Position numbers and translations under genes: made by a program. From Marsupella aquatica (Eukaryota; Plantae; Marchantiophyta): 64,000 nt of DNA. Below, one piece after another: positions 49,016-60,600 of this stretch (its first letter is position 1; each line of letters starts with the position of its first letter). The stretch covers positions 10,317,035 to 10,381,034 of the forward strand of contig OZ316899.1 in assembly GCA_973895155.1 (NCBI GenBank), given 5' to 3'. The notes beneath the pieces are model-generated. The model ran no database searches. It had not been told where the DNA came from and worked only from the letters and a program-made list of their open reading frames with translations.

Positions 49016-49616
49016 TGTCGTGCCGAAAGATTTCGGCTCAGGAATGGCTTTTATAGGGGATGATGGGCAAGGCCTCCCGGTTGGGTTGCGTGCATGCTGA
49101 CTCGGAGGGGCTGCTTGGTTGGATGGATTGAGGTTTGGCGATTGGGTGACTCGTCGTCACCAGGTTTGGTGTTTGGGTGAGTCACCAGGCTTGGAGTTTG
49201 GATGAGCCTCGCTGCTGGCAGCTGGCTTAGGCTGGATGGTTGGGTTTCCGATGCTACTTAAGACTTGAGCCTTGGCTCATTGAGGTTGGCGGTTGTCTAT
49301 TGAGATCTGTTGAGTTGCATTCTGTGAGTTTTGCTCCGTTATGCGGAACTCGACTGTTGTGCGGCAATTTTGGAGTTCTGAGTGAGTTTTTGATCCAGGT
49401 GGGGAGTTTTCGATCCAGACAGGGAATTTCTCGAGTCTGGAGTCTCGTTGATCCAGACGGGGATTTCTTGAGTTTGGAGTCTTGTCGATCCAGGCAAGGA
49501 TTTCTTGAGTTTGGAGCCTCGTTGGTCCAGGCCCAAGTTCCGTGCGAGCTATTTTGGACTAGTGGAGTAGCTAGTCGAGTTTTGGTTTTGTGAGCTAAGG
49601 AGGATAGTTTTTCCGT
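49016..49616 (+). repeat. 3' LTR of family E, cut by the Copia insertion
   Basis: Matches 42275-42855 then switches abruptly to TGTTGTGATAG. Confidence 0.92.
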
Positions 49617-50829
49617 TGTTGTGATAGATTGAACAACTGTATTTCCATTCCCTTCCATATCCTTACATATAGGCTTTCCAATAGCCTGGTGGTTAGGCAG
49701 TTAGTGTGACCTAACCTGAGTAGGCGTAATCCTAGTTAACCTTATGTATGGTCTAGTTAACTCAGGTTACAACACTCCCCCTTGGGTGTAACAGGATTCC
49801 GGGGAGGATTGTTGCACCCACTTCTAGCCTACTCTAATTGTGAAATGTTTATTCTAAGGTTTATTGGTTTGGGGGAATGTAACCTCATTAAAACCCCCCC
49901 TCCTTTCTTGCTGGGGGAAAGAGTGTTACCATTCCATCCTTAAAAACCTTATAATTTTGGTTAATTTATGAGTAATCGAGTTAGTAGAGTCTTATACGAT
50001 TTAAAGTTATCGTAACTTGTAAAGACCTAAAAATCTCATTGTGGTCCCGCTTGGTAATTCGTGGAGGAGCGGATATCTTGCGCTGTGATTCTTGGCGATG
50101 GTAGTGGTGTGCAATTGGTGTTGGCTGCTGCACTGTGAAGATCGTCTCGCATGGAGTGGGCGTCATCATTTTTGCTTGGGGGTGTTTGTAACTGCATTGT
50201 TGGTGGTCATTCTTGCTAAAATTGGGGGATTCTTCTCTGATCGATTCTCTTCTGCGCGATTGAAGTGTCGGGAAGTGGATGTGGTAAACTGTAGCTAGTG
50301 GGATTTGTTCCTGGCTGTTTTACAGATGAGGTTTTGTATTGCTCCCCCTGACATTGTCGTTTATTTTTGTGGCTCTCTTATAGTCATTCTTTGCGTCGTG
50401 TTGACGTAGCTGCCGTTTCGCTCCAGAATGTTACTATCTTTGAATGAGTGATTGAGTGCTCCCCCTGATGTTGTCAATTCTTTGAATTAGTCTAGCTTTG
50501 GTGTTTGTCTTCTCAAGTGAGTCAGCAGCATCGATCCAGAAAGTAGTTGGTGGTGAGCTGGGTCGTATTTCTCCCTCTGTTATCGAAGGTAAAATTTTGT
50601 AAAGAATACTATTCTTGAGGTTTGAATGGCTGTTTGTTTGAGGGTTCGGATCTCTCCCTGATTGCCATAAGCATGTCTGTTGTGATCTTTGTTTGAGATC
50701 TGTTCGAGTTGAGCTGGTCCAAGCTTTGCGGTGTAGCCTACAGATTGGGTCCCCCCTGAGCAAAAAATGAGCGCTTCCACTGTAAGTATAATTGTGTTTA
50801 ATTTTGTAGTTCAGTTAAGGTCCATAGAC

Positions 50830-53800
50830 CTACTGAGATTGCATGTTGTTTATGCAATGCAGGAGGTAGGGATTTTGTAAACATGTCAGCAATGTTCTGT
50901 GAGCTTTGTATCCATTTAACTTGAATACTACTTCCTTGTTGTTCATGCGTGAAAAAGAACTTAGGAGCAATGTGTTTGGTTCTATCTCCCTTGATAAAGC
51001 CTGCTTGAATTTGTTCAACGCAGGCTCTGTTATCTTCGTGAATTTCCGTCGGTGTTGACAGTGTAGGTATGCCTGTATTCTCATGAATGTGATTGATAAC
51101 GTTGCGTAGCCAGATACACTCCCTACTTGAATTCGTAGAGAGCTATTATCTCAGAGTGGTTGGATGATGTAGTAGTTAATGTTTACTTGCAACTTCGCCA
51201 TGAAATTGCTGTCTCACCCATCAAGAAAATGTATCCGGTCTGAGATTTTGCATCCTCAGGGTCTGAAAGGTAACCTGCATCAACATACCCAGTGAGTAAG
51301 TATTTAGCATCTGATGGGTAAAATAGTCCCAGATCTATGGTACCTGCTAGGTAGCGGAAAATACGCTTTATGCCATTCCAATGACGAATAGTCGGCTTGG
51401 CACTATGGCGTGCCAGTAGGTTTACTATGAAGGCTATGTCAGGCCTTGTCTGGTTCAAAAGGAACATCAGGACACCTATAGCAGATAGGTATGGCTTTTT
51501 TGGGCCAAGTAGTGGCTCCATCTCGCTTTTCTTCCGGAAGAGATCCTTTTCTTTATGAAGTGAGCGGATGTCCATGGGAGATCTGACTGCAGTGGCTTTG
51601 TCCATGTTAAATTGCCTTAGAATCTTTTTGATGTACGTGGACTGATGTAGTAAAATGCCATTGTGCAGGTGCTCAAATTGCAGGCCTAGGCAGAAAGAAG
51701 TTTGGCCTAGGTCGCGCATCTCGAAGGCCTTTTTCAATAGTGTAATAATTTCAGTCAGAATCTTTTTAGTTCCGAACAGGTTCAGATCGTCCACATAGAT
51801 GGCTACTATAATAAATTCCTTGTTCTCCCGCTTCAGGAATAAGCAGGGTGCTATGTCTGCATTCTTAAATCCCATAGCCTGCATCTCGGCCTTAAATCAT
51901 TTGTACCATGTCAGGCCACTTTGCCTAAGGCCATACAGTGATCTTAACACCTGTACTGCGAATCGAGTTCTCCGGGTGATGTCTCTCTAATTCTGTATAG
52001 GGACTTTAAGGGCTATCTTTGCTGCAGTCTTGTGGAGTATTGCTGAATTGGTATGCTCAAATGTTTCCGGCTGGTTCCGAGTTGCTGCTTTATCGATTTG
52101 TTTCCCTTTGCTGTGGTATTCGACTCGTTTCACCAATTCTGGAGGGGCCTCCATGTATATAACTTTGTCTAAGTGTCCATATAAATACACTGTCACAATA
52201 TCCATTTGATGCATGGATAAGTGGTGGTGTTGTGAAAATGTAATCAGGTACCTGTAGGTAATGACATCCATTACCGGCGAGTATGTGAGGTTGTAGTCTC
52301 TGCTCAGGACTTGAGTGAATCCCCGAGCCACCAGTCTGGCCTTGTGTCTTGTTACCTCGCCTTTCGCATTTCTTTTCTTTACGAGGGTCCATTTATACCC
52401 TGTGAGATGTACTTCAGGTTCTGCTATTGTGATTGGGCCAAATACCTGGCGGGCTATTAATGAGTCCAGTTCTAAATGGATGGCCTGTTCCCATTCAGGC
52501 CAATCAGGTTGGACCTCAGCTTCTTTGATTGTTTGAGGGTCAGGCAGTTCGTCTTCAATCTACTGTGCTATGCGGAATGCAAATTGTTCATCTATTGTAG
52601 TGTGCTCTCTGTCCCATACATGTCCGGTTCTTCCATAGTTGATTGATATCTCTGCATTGTCTTCTGGTACATTTGGTTGACTTGTAGTTGGATCCCTGGT
52701 TGATGGGTTGGGTGCAAGTGCTGGGGCAACTCTACGCTGTCTTGGTTGCTTGTCGACAGATCCCAGTGGGCGGCCTCTCTTTGCTTTCGGGGCTGGTGGG
52801 GTCTCCATTTGTATTCTGGATGGGGCGTTTGCTGCTGGGATATGGGAGCGTGTCACCTGGGCGGCATCTGCGAAGGAGTCTGGTAGGTGTTCTGCCATCC
52901 TTGCTAGGTGTAAGATTCGTTGTACTTCAGTGTCCGCATGACTATCCCTTGGGTTGTTCCAGAAGCCGGCATCAATTTGCCAAGTAAGTTGGGAGGTTTT
53001 CTCTGTGTCAAGTTGCTTCGTATGTAGGCTGGGAAAAATATCTTTGTAGAAGTGGCAATCTGCAAAGCGTGCTTTGAAGACATCGGATGTTGTAGGCTCC
53101 ATATATCTGATGATTGAAGCTAAGTCAAAACCTATGTATATTCCTGGGTGTCTCTGGGGTCCCATCTTAGTTCTCTTAGGTCCTAGGATGGGCACCATTA
53201 CTTTACAGCCAAACATTCTCAGGTGAGAGATATTTGGTATGGTCCCCAGTGCTAGGTGATGTGGGGTAGAGGAATTAAAAGATGATGGTCTATAATTGAG
53301 TAGTGCAGTAGAGTGGAGAATGGCATGACCCCAAGCAGCTGTTGGTAAGTTTGTCTGCATTAGTAGGGGTCTGGCAATCAGCTGCAGTCGTTTAATCAAG
53401 GATTCGGCTATTCCATTCTGAAAATGGACATGGGGTACTGGGTACTGGACATCAATGCCCGTGGCCTGGCAAAAATCTTCAAACGTCTTAGAGGTAAATT
53501 CGCCAGTGTTATCTACTCTCAATGTTTTAATTTGGTTTTCAGGGAATTGAGCTCTCAATTTTAGTATGTGGGCAAGGAGTCTGGAGAATACCAGGTTTTG
53601 TGTAGATAGTAAGGATATCTGACTCCATTTTGTTGATGCGTCTATGACTGCCAGGAAAAATTGGAATGGGCCACTTGGAGGGTCAATCGGCCCGCATACG
53701 TCAGTGTGTATGCGCTCCAGGAAGTGGGGGATTTGGTGCTCAATTGTAGGTGGTGAGGGCCGGATTATGAGCTTGCCCTATGAGCAAGCTAAACAGGGAG

Positions 53801-54361
53801 CTTTCATGGACGTGGGGTGGACCATTTCCGGTATGCCCAGGGTTTCTCTAATCAGTTTCTGGAACATTGTTGTTCCAAGGTGGCCAGTCTCCTGTGCCAG
53901 ATCTCGGTAAGTGTGCCTTGGGGTGTTCCAGTGTAGAAGCTGTGGATTTTAGGAGTGTAACAACCGGGGAGTGATGCTCTCAGGATCTCTCTGATCTTAG
54001 TATTTGTTGGTTCCCCCGAGGTGATGTACAAGACTTCCCGTCCTTGTTGAGTGCCCGTCTTAATATGCAGTTTGTTAGCACGAATATCCCCAAAGCTTAG
54101 TAAGTTTCTGGTTGCCTTTGGGGCGTATATTGCAGACTCCACATGAATTATCGTCCCACGGGGTAGGGTGACCAATGCTGGTCCAAATCCCTCTTCCAAT
54201 TGATGCTGGCCCATAATCGTTGTAAGTTTTCTTTGGGATGGTATAATTTGCTTAAAGTATTCCTTATGCTTAAAAATGGAATGCGATGTACCACTGTCGA
54301 CTATGCATTGGGAAAAATTTTCTTTGATACTAGAATCAGGTGTGGTCTTTGATATTACCAT
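50830..54361 (-). pseudogene. pol: Copia pol: protease, integrase, RT, RNase H (degenerate)
   Basis: IVDSGTSHS, WHRRL, RVDNTGEF, QNGIAESLIKR, ARGFTQ, SLYGLRQSG, IYVDDL, GYVDAGY. Confidence 0.93.
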
Positions 54362-54390
54362 GTTTATAGTTGGTATAATTTATGTGGATT

Positions 54391-55387
54391 CTAGGAAAGT
54401 CCCATACGTCTCAGGTTCATTTTGTGCAGTGCTCTTCTTATATAGTTGCACCAGGTGTGCAAGTGTACGACAGAATTTTTGAATGTGGCCTTTAGTGCCA
54501 CAACAAAAACAGGTAGAGGGGTTTTTGTATTCATCTCTTTGAGTGCTTTGCTGTTGATTTGTCCTCGCTCGGGGTTGATAGTTGCCTTGCTGCCAATTGT
54601 TTCTGAAGTTATCGCCGGTGTTTTGGTATCTTCCCCTGGATCTGCATCTGAAGTTGTTGCTTCTGCCTCCGCGTCCTCTGAAAAAGCTACCTCGGCCTCT
54701 GTATGTGTTTCTCCCCCTGAAACTACCTTGACCACGGTAAGATGAGCCCTCTTCCCTTTGGGTTGTAACGTAGTGGGATTCTGAATTTGTGACTAGAGGG
54801 AGAGTTCCAGGGGGTCATTTGTGGGAATTCTGTAATAGCAATAGCTGGTGCTTTTCAGCCAGGAGCATATGGGCAATCAACTCAGAATATTGTGTGAATC
54901 GCATATTGCGATATTGGGTAGAGAGAATAAGATTTGTAGAGTGAAGGGTAGAGAGCGTTTTCTCAATCTGTTCGTCATCATTAACGGGGTGGCCACATAT
55001 GGCCAATTGGGATACAATCCAAAATAATTCGCAATTGTAATCCACGATTGTTTTATGGTCCTGGACCTGGAGATTTATCCAATCGTGTCTGGCCGCAGGC
55101 AGGTGTATGGTGCGCGTGTGGTCAAAGCGTGATTGAAGTGCATCCCAAAGGACTCTCAGATTATATTCATTCATGTACTGTCGCTTCAGAGAGTCACTCA
55201 AATGGTGTCGAATTAGTATCAATGCCTGCGCTTTTTGCTGAAGTGTTTGGCCATTGTCAGTTATTACTGTATCCTGTAGATTCTTTGAAGTTAGATGAGC
55301 TTCAGCATCGAGCGTCCAGGACAAATAGTTGGCACCATCGATGCTGAGTGGTTGAAATAAGAGTTTCTCCATAGAATTCTTTGACAT
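54391..55387 (-). pseudogene. gag: Bianca-type Gag
   Basis: LSIDGANYLSWTLDAEAHL...LILIRHHL...LPAARHDWINL, followed by an RGG-rich region and a zinc knuckle in shifted frames. Confidence 0.88.
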
Positions 55388-55711
55388 ATTGCTAGATTCT
55401 AGTGGTATAATTTCTTATTGGTAAGCACAAGGTTGCAATTGTATTTGAGTGTCCAATCTCAATTTCATTCAATTGTTGAAATTTGAGAAAGAGGAAATGG
55501 AATTGAAAATTGTAGTTGGTGAATTGTAATTTCTTATCTCAATCGTCCAATTCGTTTCATGTGTAATTTTGATTTATAACCTTCCATCCCCCTTGATTGA
55601 TCTGACCACCGTTGCACCTTCGCCTGCCATAAATCCTTTCCTAAAAGGTTGCCAGTCTATCTCAAAAGAAGAAAGAGGGATGATTTTATAAAAAATTGAT
55701 TCAAATCAGCA

Positions 55712-55725
55712 TCGTGCTGATAACG
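55712..55725 (-). other. PBS complementary to the 5' half (anticodon arm) of tRNA-Ile
   Basis: CGTTATCAGCACGA directly abutting the 5' LTR; no TGG start. Confidence 0.75.
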
Positions 55726-55813
55726 TGTTGTGATAGATTGAACAACTGTATTTCCATTCCCTTCCATATCCTTACATATAGGCTTTCCAATAGCCTGGTG
55801 GTTAGGCAGTTAG

Positions 55814-56029
55814 CCGGGGTCGATCCTGCTATCGACTAAGGTACATTCCGGCGGCGGAACACAAACCATACCTAGGAGGTATCCATATTTAGCAGTATGC
55901 GCACTTAGCGCTAGTTTACGAGAATAAGGTGCATTACGTGCTTCCCTTCCTGCCCGAACCCTCAGATTTACGAGGGATGTGCCCGTCTAAGCTGAAGTCT
56001 GAGTTAAGGCCGAAGCCTACGACGTGACA
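55814..56029 (+). mobile_element. 3' end fragment of a family B-type giant LTR
   Basis: Diverged reverse complement of 32236-32445; ends CGTGACA; carries the double hairpin. Confidence 0.8.
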
Positions 56030-56591
56030 AACCCCCTTTAGGTGTCTTGCTACAACCCCCCCTAAACTCTGGCAGGATCGGTTACATGCATGTGGATGAG
56101 TTAACTAGGCCTAAATTGCACTTCATGTAACACAAAACCCAAAAAAAGCCTCCCTAGCAAACCCTTATGCCCCTTGCATATAGTTCAGTCAATGGCTATG
56201 TAAAGCGTAATCCCATGGCTCAGAATGTGTATGGGATCGGGTAAATATCCTTTAACCAGGCATATGACACTACATTATTTTAAAAAGTGTTCAATGGCCA
56301 CAATGAAAATGAATGGACAAGTCAATTTTGTTGACTAAATTGGACTTGGCTTACTATTGGCCATTGTCTTATGTTGACTAAGTATGACTATGTAGTCAGA
56401 CCTGAATGACTCATTCAATAGAGCAAGATTTTTAAAAAGTTCAATTGTCTTAAGTAGTCATATACATGACTACTAATGACTATCAAGTCTTGTGGGGTCT
56501 CAAAAATAAGACTGATGTTCAAAGGTTGCACTTGCGTGGTCACCCCAGTCACAAGTGGTCTGGTCACGAAATGCCCTGGTTTCTACTAGTG
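56030..56591 (+). mobile_element. Orphan right end of another CACTA element
   Basis: Ends CCCTGGTTTCTACTAGTG with GACT/AGTC-rich subterminal sequence; left limit uncertain, no left TIR found. Confidence 0.7.
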
Positions 56592-56863
56592 GGCGTTCGC
56601 AAGCGGAGTGCCTTTGCCCGTTGTGATTGGGCCGACCCAGTGCTCATGCCTAGACCCTCAGATCTCATCGCCGCTTTGGGCCCCCGATCGGCCATACCTT
56701 GCGTCCCAAGCGTTCGTTGCCCATGGTGTCAACTCCATTGGCCTTGGGCCCAAGAGGAGCTCTCACTCAAGCCCTCATATCTCAAAGTCAGTCCGGGGGC
56801 CCGGATGGTCGACCTTGAGCCCAGCCCCTTTCCCCTTGACCCAACCAACACTCAACTAGTCTA
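56592..56863 (-). mobile_element. Internal fragment of family D LTR
   Basis: Matches approx. 31669-31960. Confidence 0.85.
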
Positions 56864-57112
56864 ATCCAAGTAGGATTCCAGTCCAATCAGGTAAGCCAAC
56901 TCCAAACTTGTCAAACCCATTGTTCTCCCCTTGGGGTACTCCCCTTTGGTTCAAACCAGCCCGCCCACAGATGTAAGGCGGGCATCATCTACTTCCACTC
57001 GAAAAAAACAAATCGGTGGCCCAACAACCTCTAGCACCAACGCAATCCAAATTTATCCTTAAGAGGTTGAGAGGAGTGAAACTAGGATACAACTCATAAA
57101 GGTAGCTACAGT

Positions 57113-57441
57113 TGCCTGTACCAGTTCACAATGGCGGTAGGCCGCTTCGCTTACGATAGCTTCCAAGGATCTCTCAAGCATTACCCAAATTTTCTTTTGG
57201 TTCCCAAGTACTCTTGGCCTGATCATAGCCAGCCCACTTCACCAAATACTCTAAGATTTGCCTTCCCAACTTGCGTTTGTAACGGTGGTCCAGAATTGCC
57301 TCCACCTCAAACTCCTCAGCATCCTCCACCAGCATGGCGTCTGCACGCAATACCTGATCCCGGTTGGGATCATCATCTTTGACAAACTTCTTGAGCCGGC
57401 TAACATGGTAGCTTTTGCCCACGCCCATTTCCTTGGGTGTC
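57113..57441 (-). pseudogene. Chromovirus integrase C-terminus with chromodomain
   Basis: YHVSRLKKF...EEFEVEAILDHR...EYLVKWAGYDQAKSTWEPKENL. Confidence 0.88.
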
Positions 57442-57612
57442 AGTCGCGGAACTCGACTACCTTAACACTTAGCTCCGATGTCGCTGACTCCGAGGCCAAG
57501 CTCCCTTATGGTCCAGGCCCGGATAGGCCATCCGGGGAGGACTTAGCATGGGGAGACTTATGGGCAATGAGACGTGGCACTGGCGAGGCAAGGGGCCAAG
57601 CTGGGGACACAC

Positions 57613-60600
57613 TGTGATGCCTAGACAGGAATCACTCGGCCAGTTAAGTGGGTAAAGCAGGAAGGCACCCTAGGAACACCTTAGTATAGGGACAAAACAA
57701 GGAAAATATAAACAATTAGGGGCAACCATGGAACCCGGGACGAGGCCGGAGGTAAGGACGCTGAGGGTGAAAACTTGATTAGGGTTAGGGCGCGTTAAGC
57801 GTCGGCGGCTAGGAAGGATCAACGGGAAGAAGGATCGGCAGAGGAGAGGGGTAAGGAGCGCTTGCAGGAGATGGTGGCTCATTTGCGAGCACGAACTAGG
57901 CAGACGACTACGGGAGGCCAACTACTGTCAGCTGCTTAGGCAAGCACTCGGGGAGAGAGTAGATACCGACGATCGACCTAAGGAGGGTATGAGCAACGTC
58001 AATCAAGCGGCACATTTCTGGGGATGCCTGTTCGAACGGGCAACTGAGTACATCAAGACTTACGAGGATGAGGAATCAGAAAGGGCAGCTCGAGAACGGC
58101 AGGAGCTCGCTCGATTGTGGGAGCTGCAGAAGACAGCTTTCTTAGGAGGCAAACTCATCAAGGACGAGTTCCTGTGGACGCCTACTTCCAATCAACTCGA
58201 CAATCTTCTGTTTTGCAAAGACAACGTCATCGGCATCCGAGAGGCCATCAAGAACTGCAATGACATACACTGGGAATTAAAGGGTAGCACGGAAAGGTGG
58301 ACCCAGGCAACGGTGCTAGGAGAAACCTCCACGGCAGCAGAGATGAAGAGGAAGGGAGCCGTCAACGATGAAGCCACCCCGGCAAAAAGAACGAGGTCGG
58401 CGGCACCAAAGAAGCCAGCCGAGCAGCAGAGCAGGAGGCAGGGAGAAGCCGAAGAGGAGGACGTCGATCCCATCAAGGCCATTCCAACCAGGGATGACAC
58501 TTGGAAGGGCTGGGCGGCAACCCTACCGGTGGAGGTGCAACTACATTTTGCACGGGAGGAGGATGCATGCTTTACGGCCATGCAGACCAAGAAGTACCAA
58601 GGCTTCATGGCCGGATCCGGCTTAGAGGCCTTTGTAAGATTACCATGGCTGAAGCCGGAGGTACCGGAGTCAGACCTATTAGAATTCGTGGGGTCATGGG
58701 AACCCGAGACCAATTGCACGAGGATATATGGGAAGGATTTCTATCTTACTCCCAAGGTAATTGCCAAAGTGTTTGGCTTGCCGATAGGCAATAAGACCAA
58801 AGTTGATACCAGGAAGACCTTGCCTGACAAGGAGTTCCGGTCGTTCCCCGGGCCATCAACGAAGAATGGCTTCTTCCGGAACACCTGCACCAACCCGCAC
58901 ATAGGAGAGATGATCGACTTCTTGCGGGTGACCATGCATTGTAACTTGCCGAGGGCAGAGATCGGCAAGGCACAGGTCTATCTGGCAGAGAGGCCAGACC
59001 CAAGCCGGGACTACAACGGGTACCTCCTCAACCAATTGAAGAAGATCTTAAAGGAGGAGCAGCAGGTAATCGGCATGGGGAGCGTATCGCGGCTTGGCTA
59101 TCACATGCCGCTGTTGTGCCGGTATGCCAGAGGTCAGACTTTTGCCCCAGTACTTCCCCTACAGGTAAGGGCACCCGAGGAAGCTCCAACGCCGAGGCCG
59201 TTGGCTGAGAAGCCTCAACCACCTGTTAGCCCTACGATCGAGCAGGTGTTTAGGCCCAGGAAGGAGGACTTGCCGATGCAGCAACCAGGCATGCAGAGTC
59301 TGCTGAAACTACTGGAGAAAGAAAAGAAATCGGCATCGGCAACAACAACGGCAACGGCAACAATGCAAGACACTACTATAGAGGTAGGCCTACACCGGCT
59401 CACAAGAGAAAACCCCTTTGCTGGAGACAAGGAGAGAATCAGGCCGGAATCCAAGCCAGGTGTTCGAATGTATGTGGGAATCTCAAGCTCCGAATCTGAG
59501 GCAGAATTGCCTAAAGCTCCTACCGACGAAGAGGAGAGGGAGAAGCCGGACGTCCAAGAAGTAGAGGAGGCAGTGGAGGACTGCAACCATGATAATTCCG
59601 GCTATGGGTCGGACCATCACGTTCCAGGAGTAAGGACCTGTGGCCGGTTTGTCCCCACACTTCCAAGGGTAGTGCGAGGGGACCCCAACCAGTAGAGTAG
59701 CCCTGAGTCTCCCCCACCAGATGTTGCTCCCCCGAGCTTTGACGGCATAAAACAGATGGTGCAGGAATTTCAGGAGCGAATCAGGCAGGAAGAGGAGGCA
59801 GCCCTGGCTAGGGAAAAGGATTTACCAGGAGGAGATTGGCCGGAGGACATCAGGCGGCTAGCCAAAAAAGGAAGCAAACCTCTAGCCACGATTGAAGAGA
59901 TCCGCAGGACGGCTTGGGAGCAGAGGCCGCGATGGGCGATGCCGATCACTTCTACTTACTCCACCTATGCTAAGAATAGAGCCATGGAGTATGGTGAGAT
60001 GTGTGGGGAACTTGCGCTCGGCATCTTTGGAGAGGAGTTGGAGGTAGGACCCTTTTTCCATAGGGAGCAGTTGGAGAAGCACCAATTAGAAGAAGCGGTG
60101 GCTTTAGAGAGACGCAAGAAGGACGAGGTCATTCGGCGGCTTAGGAGGATGGAAGCCGAGATTGAAGATCTAAGGGCGGCCAAGAAAGCCCAAGATGAAC
60201 TGCGGATTAAACGGCATGAGCTGAACATCATGCAGGGGCAGTTGGACACCGCGCAGGCTGATAATCAAAATATCAAGGAAAAACTAACTCAGAAGCAGGG
60301 AGAGTTGGCCGACACGATCAAAGAGAGGGAGAAGTGGAAGCAAGAGCTGAAGAATACAGAGGAGGCCCACATAACAGCCAACATCCGGGCCATGGCGGAG
60401 ACCCAAAGAAAGGAATGGGCGTTGAAGGGGGAGCTCGAGAAAATCCGCGGAGCCCTTGAGCAGAAGGAGGCCGAGTTAGGGAAATCCTATCAAGGGATTA
60501 TGGCGCTGCAGCAGGAGCTTGCGTCCCTGACGGCCAGCTTCAAGGCCGACCTAAGGGAGAAGGACGAGATGCTCGAACAGACTTACGCCAAGATGAACCA

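Larger units (their letters stand above)
42275..49616 (+). mobile_element. Ty3/Gypsy retrotransposon (family E) inserted in the family B 5' LTR; 3' LTR interrupted
   Basis: LTRs start TGTCGTGCCGAAAG at 42275 and 49016; 5' LTR ends GCAACA at 43106, PBS TGGCGACCATACTGGGGA at 43108, PPT GGGGGAGGA at 49007-49015. Confidence 0.95.
49617..55813 (-). mobile_element. Ty1/Copia retrotransposon, Bianca lineage; 5' LTR truncated
   Basis: 158-bp 3' LTR 49617-49774 (TG...CA), PPT AAGGGGGAG at 49775-49783, matching LTR sequence 55726-55813, gag-PR-INT-RT-RH order, Bianca-type gag and PBS. Confidence 0.92.

Noticed and set aside
24724-56029. B-type LTR start at 24724 and B-type LTR end at 56029 as the two ends of one insertion
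   Set aside because: Flanks CTCAG and AACCC do not form a TSD
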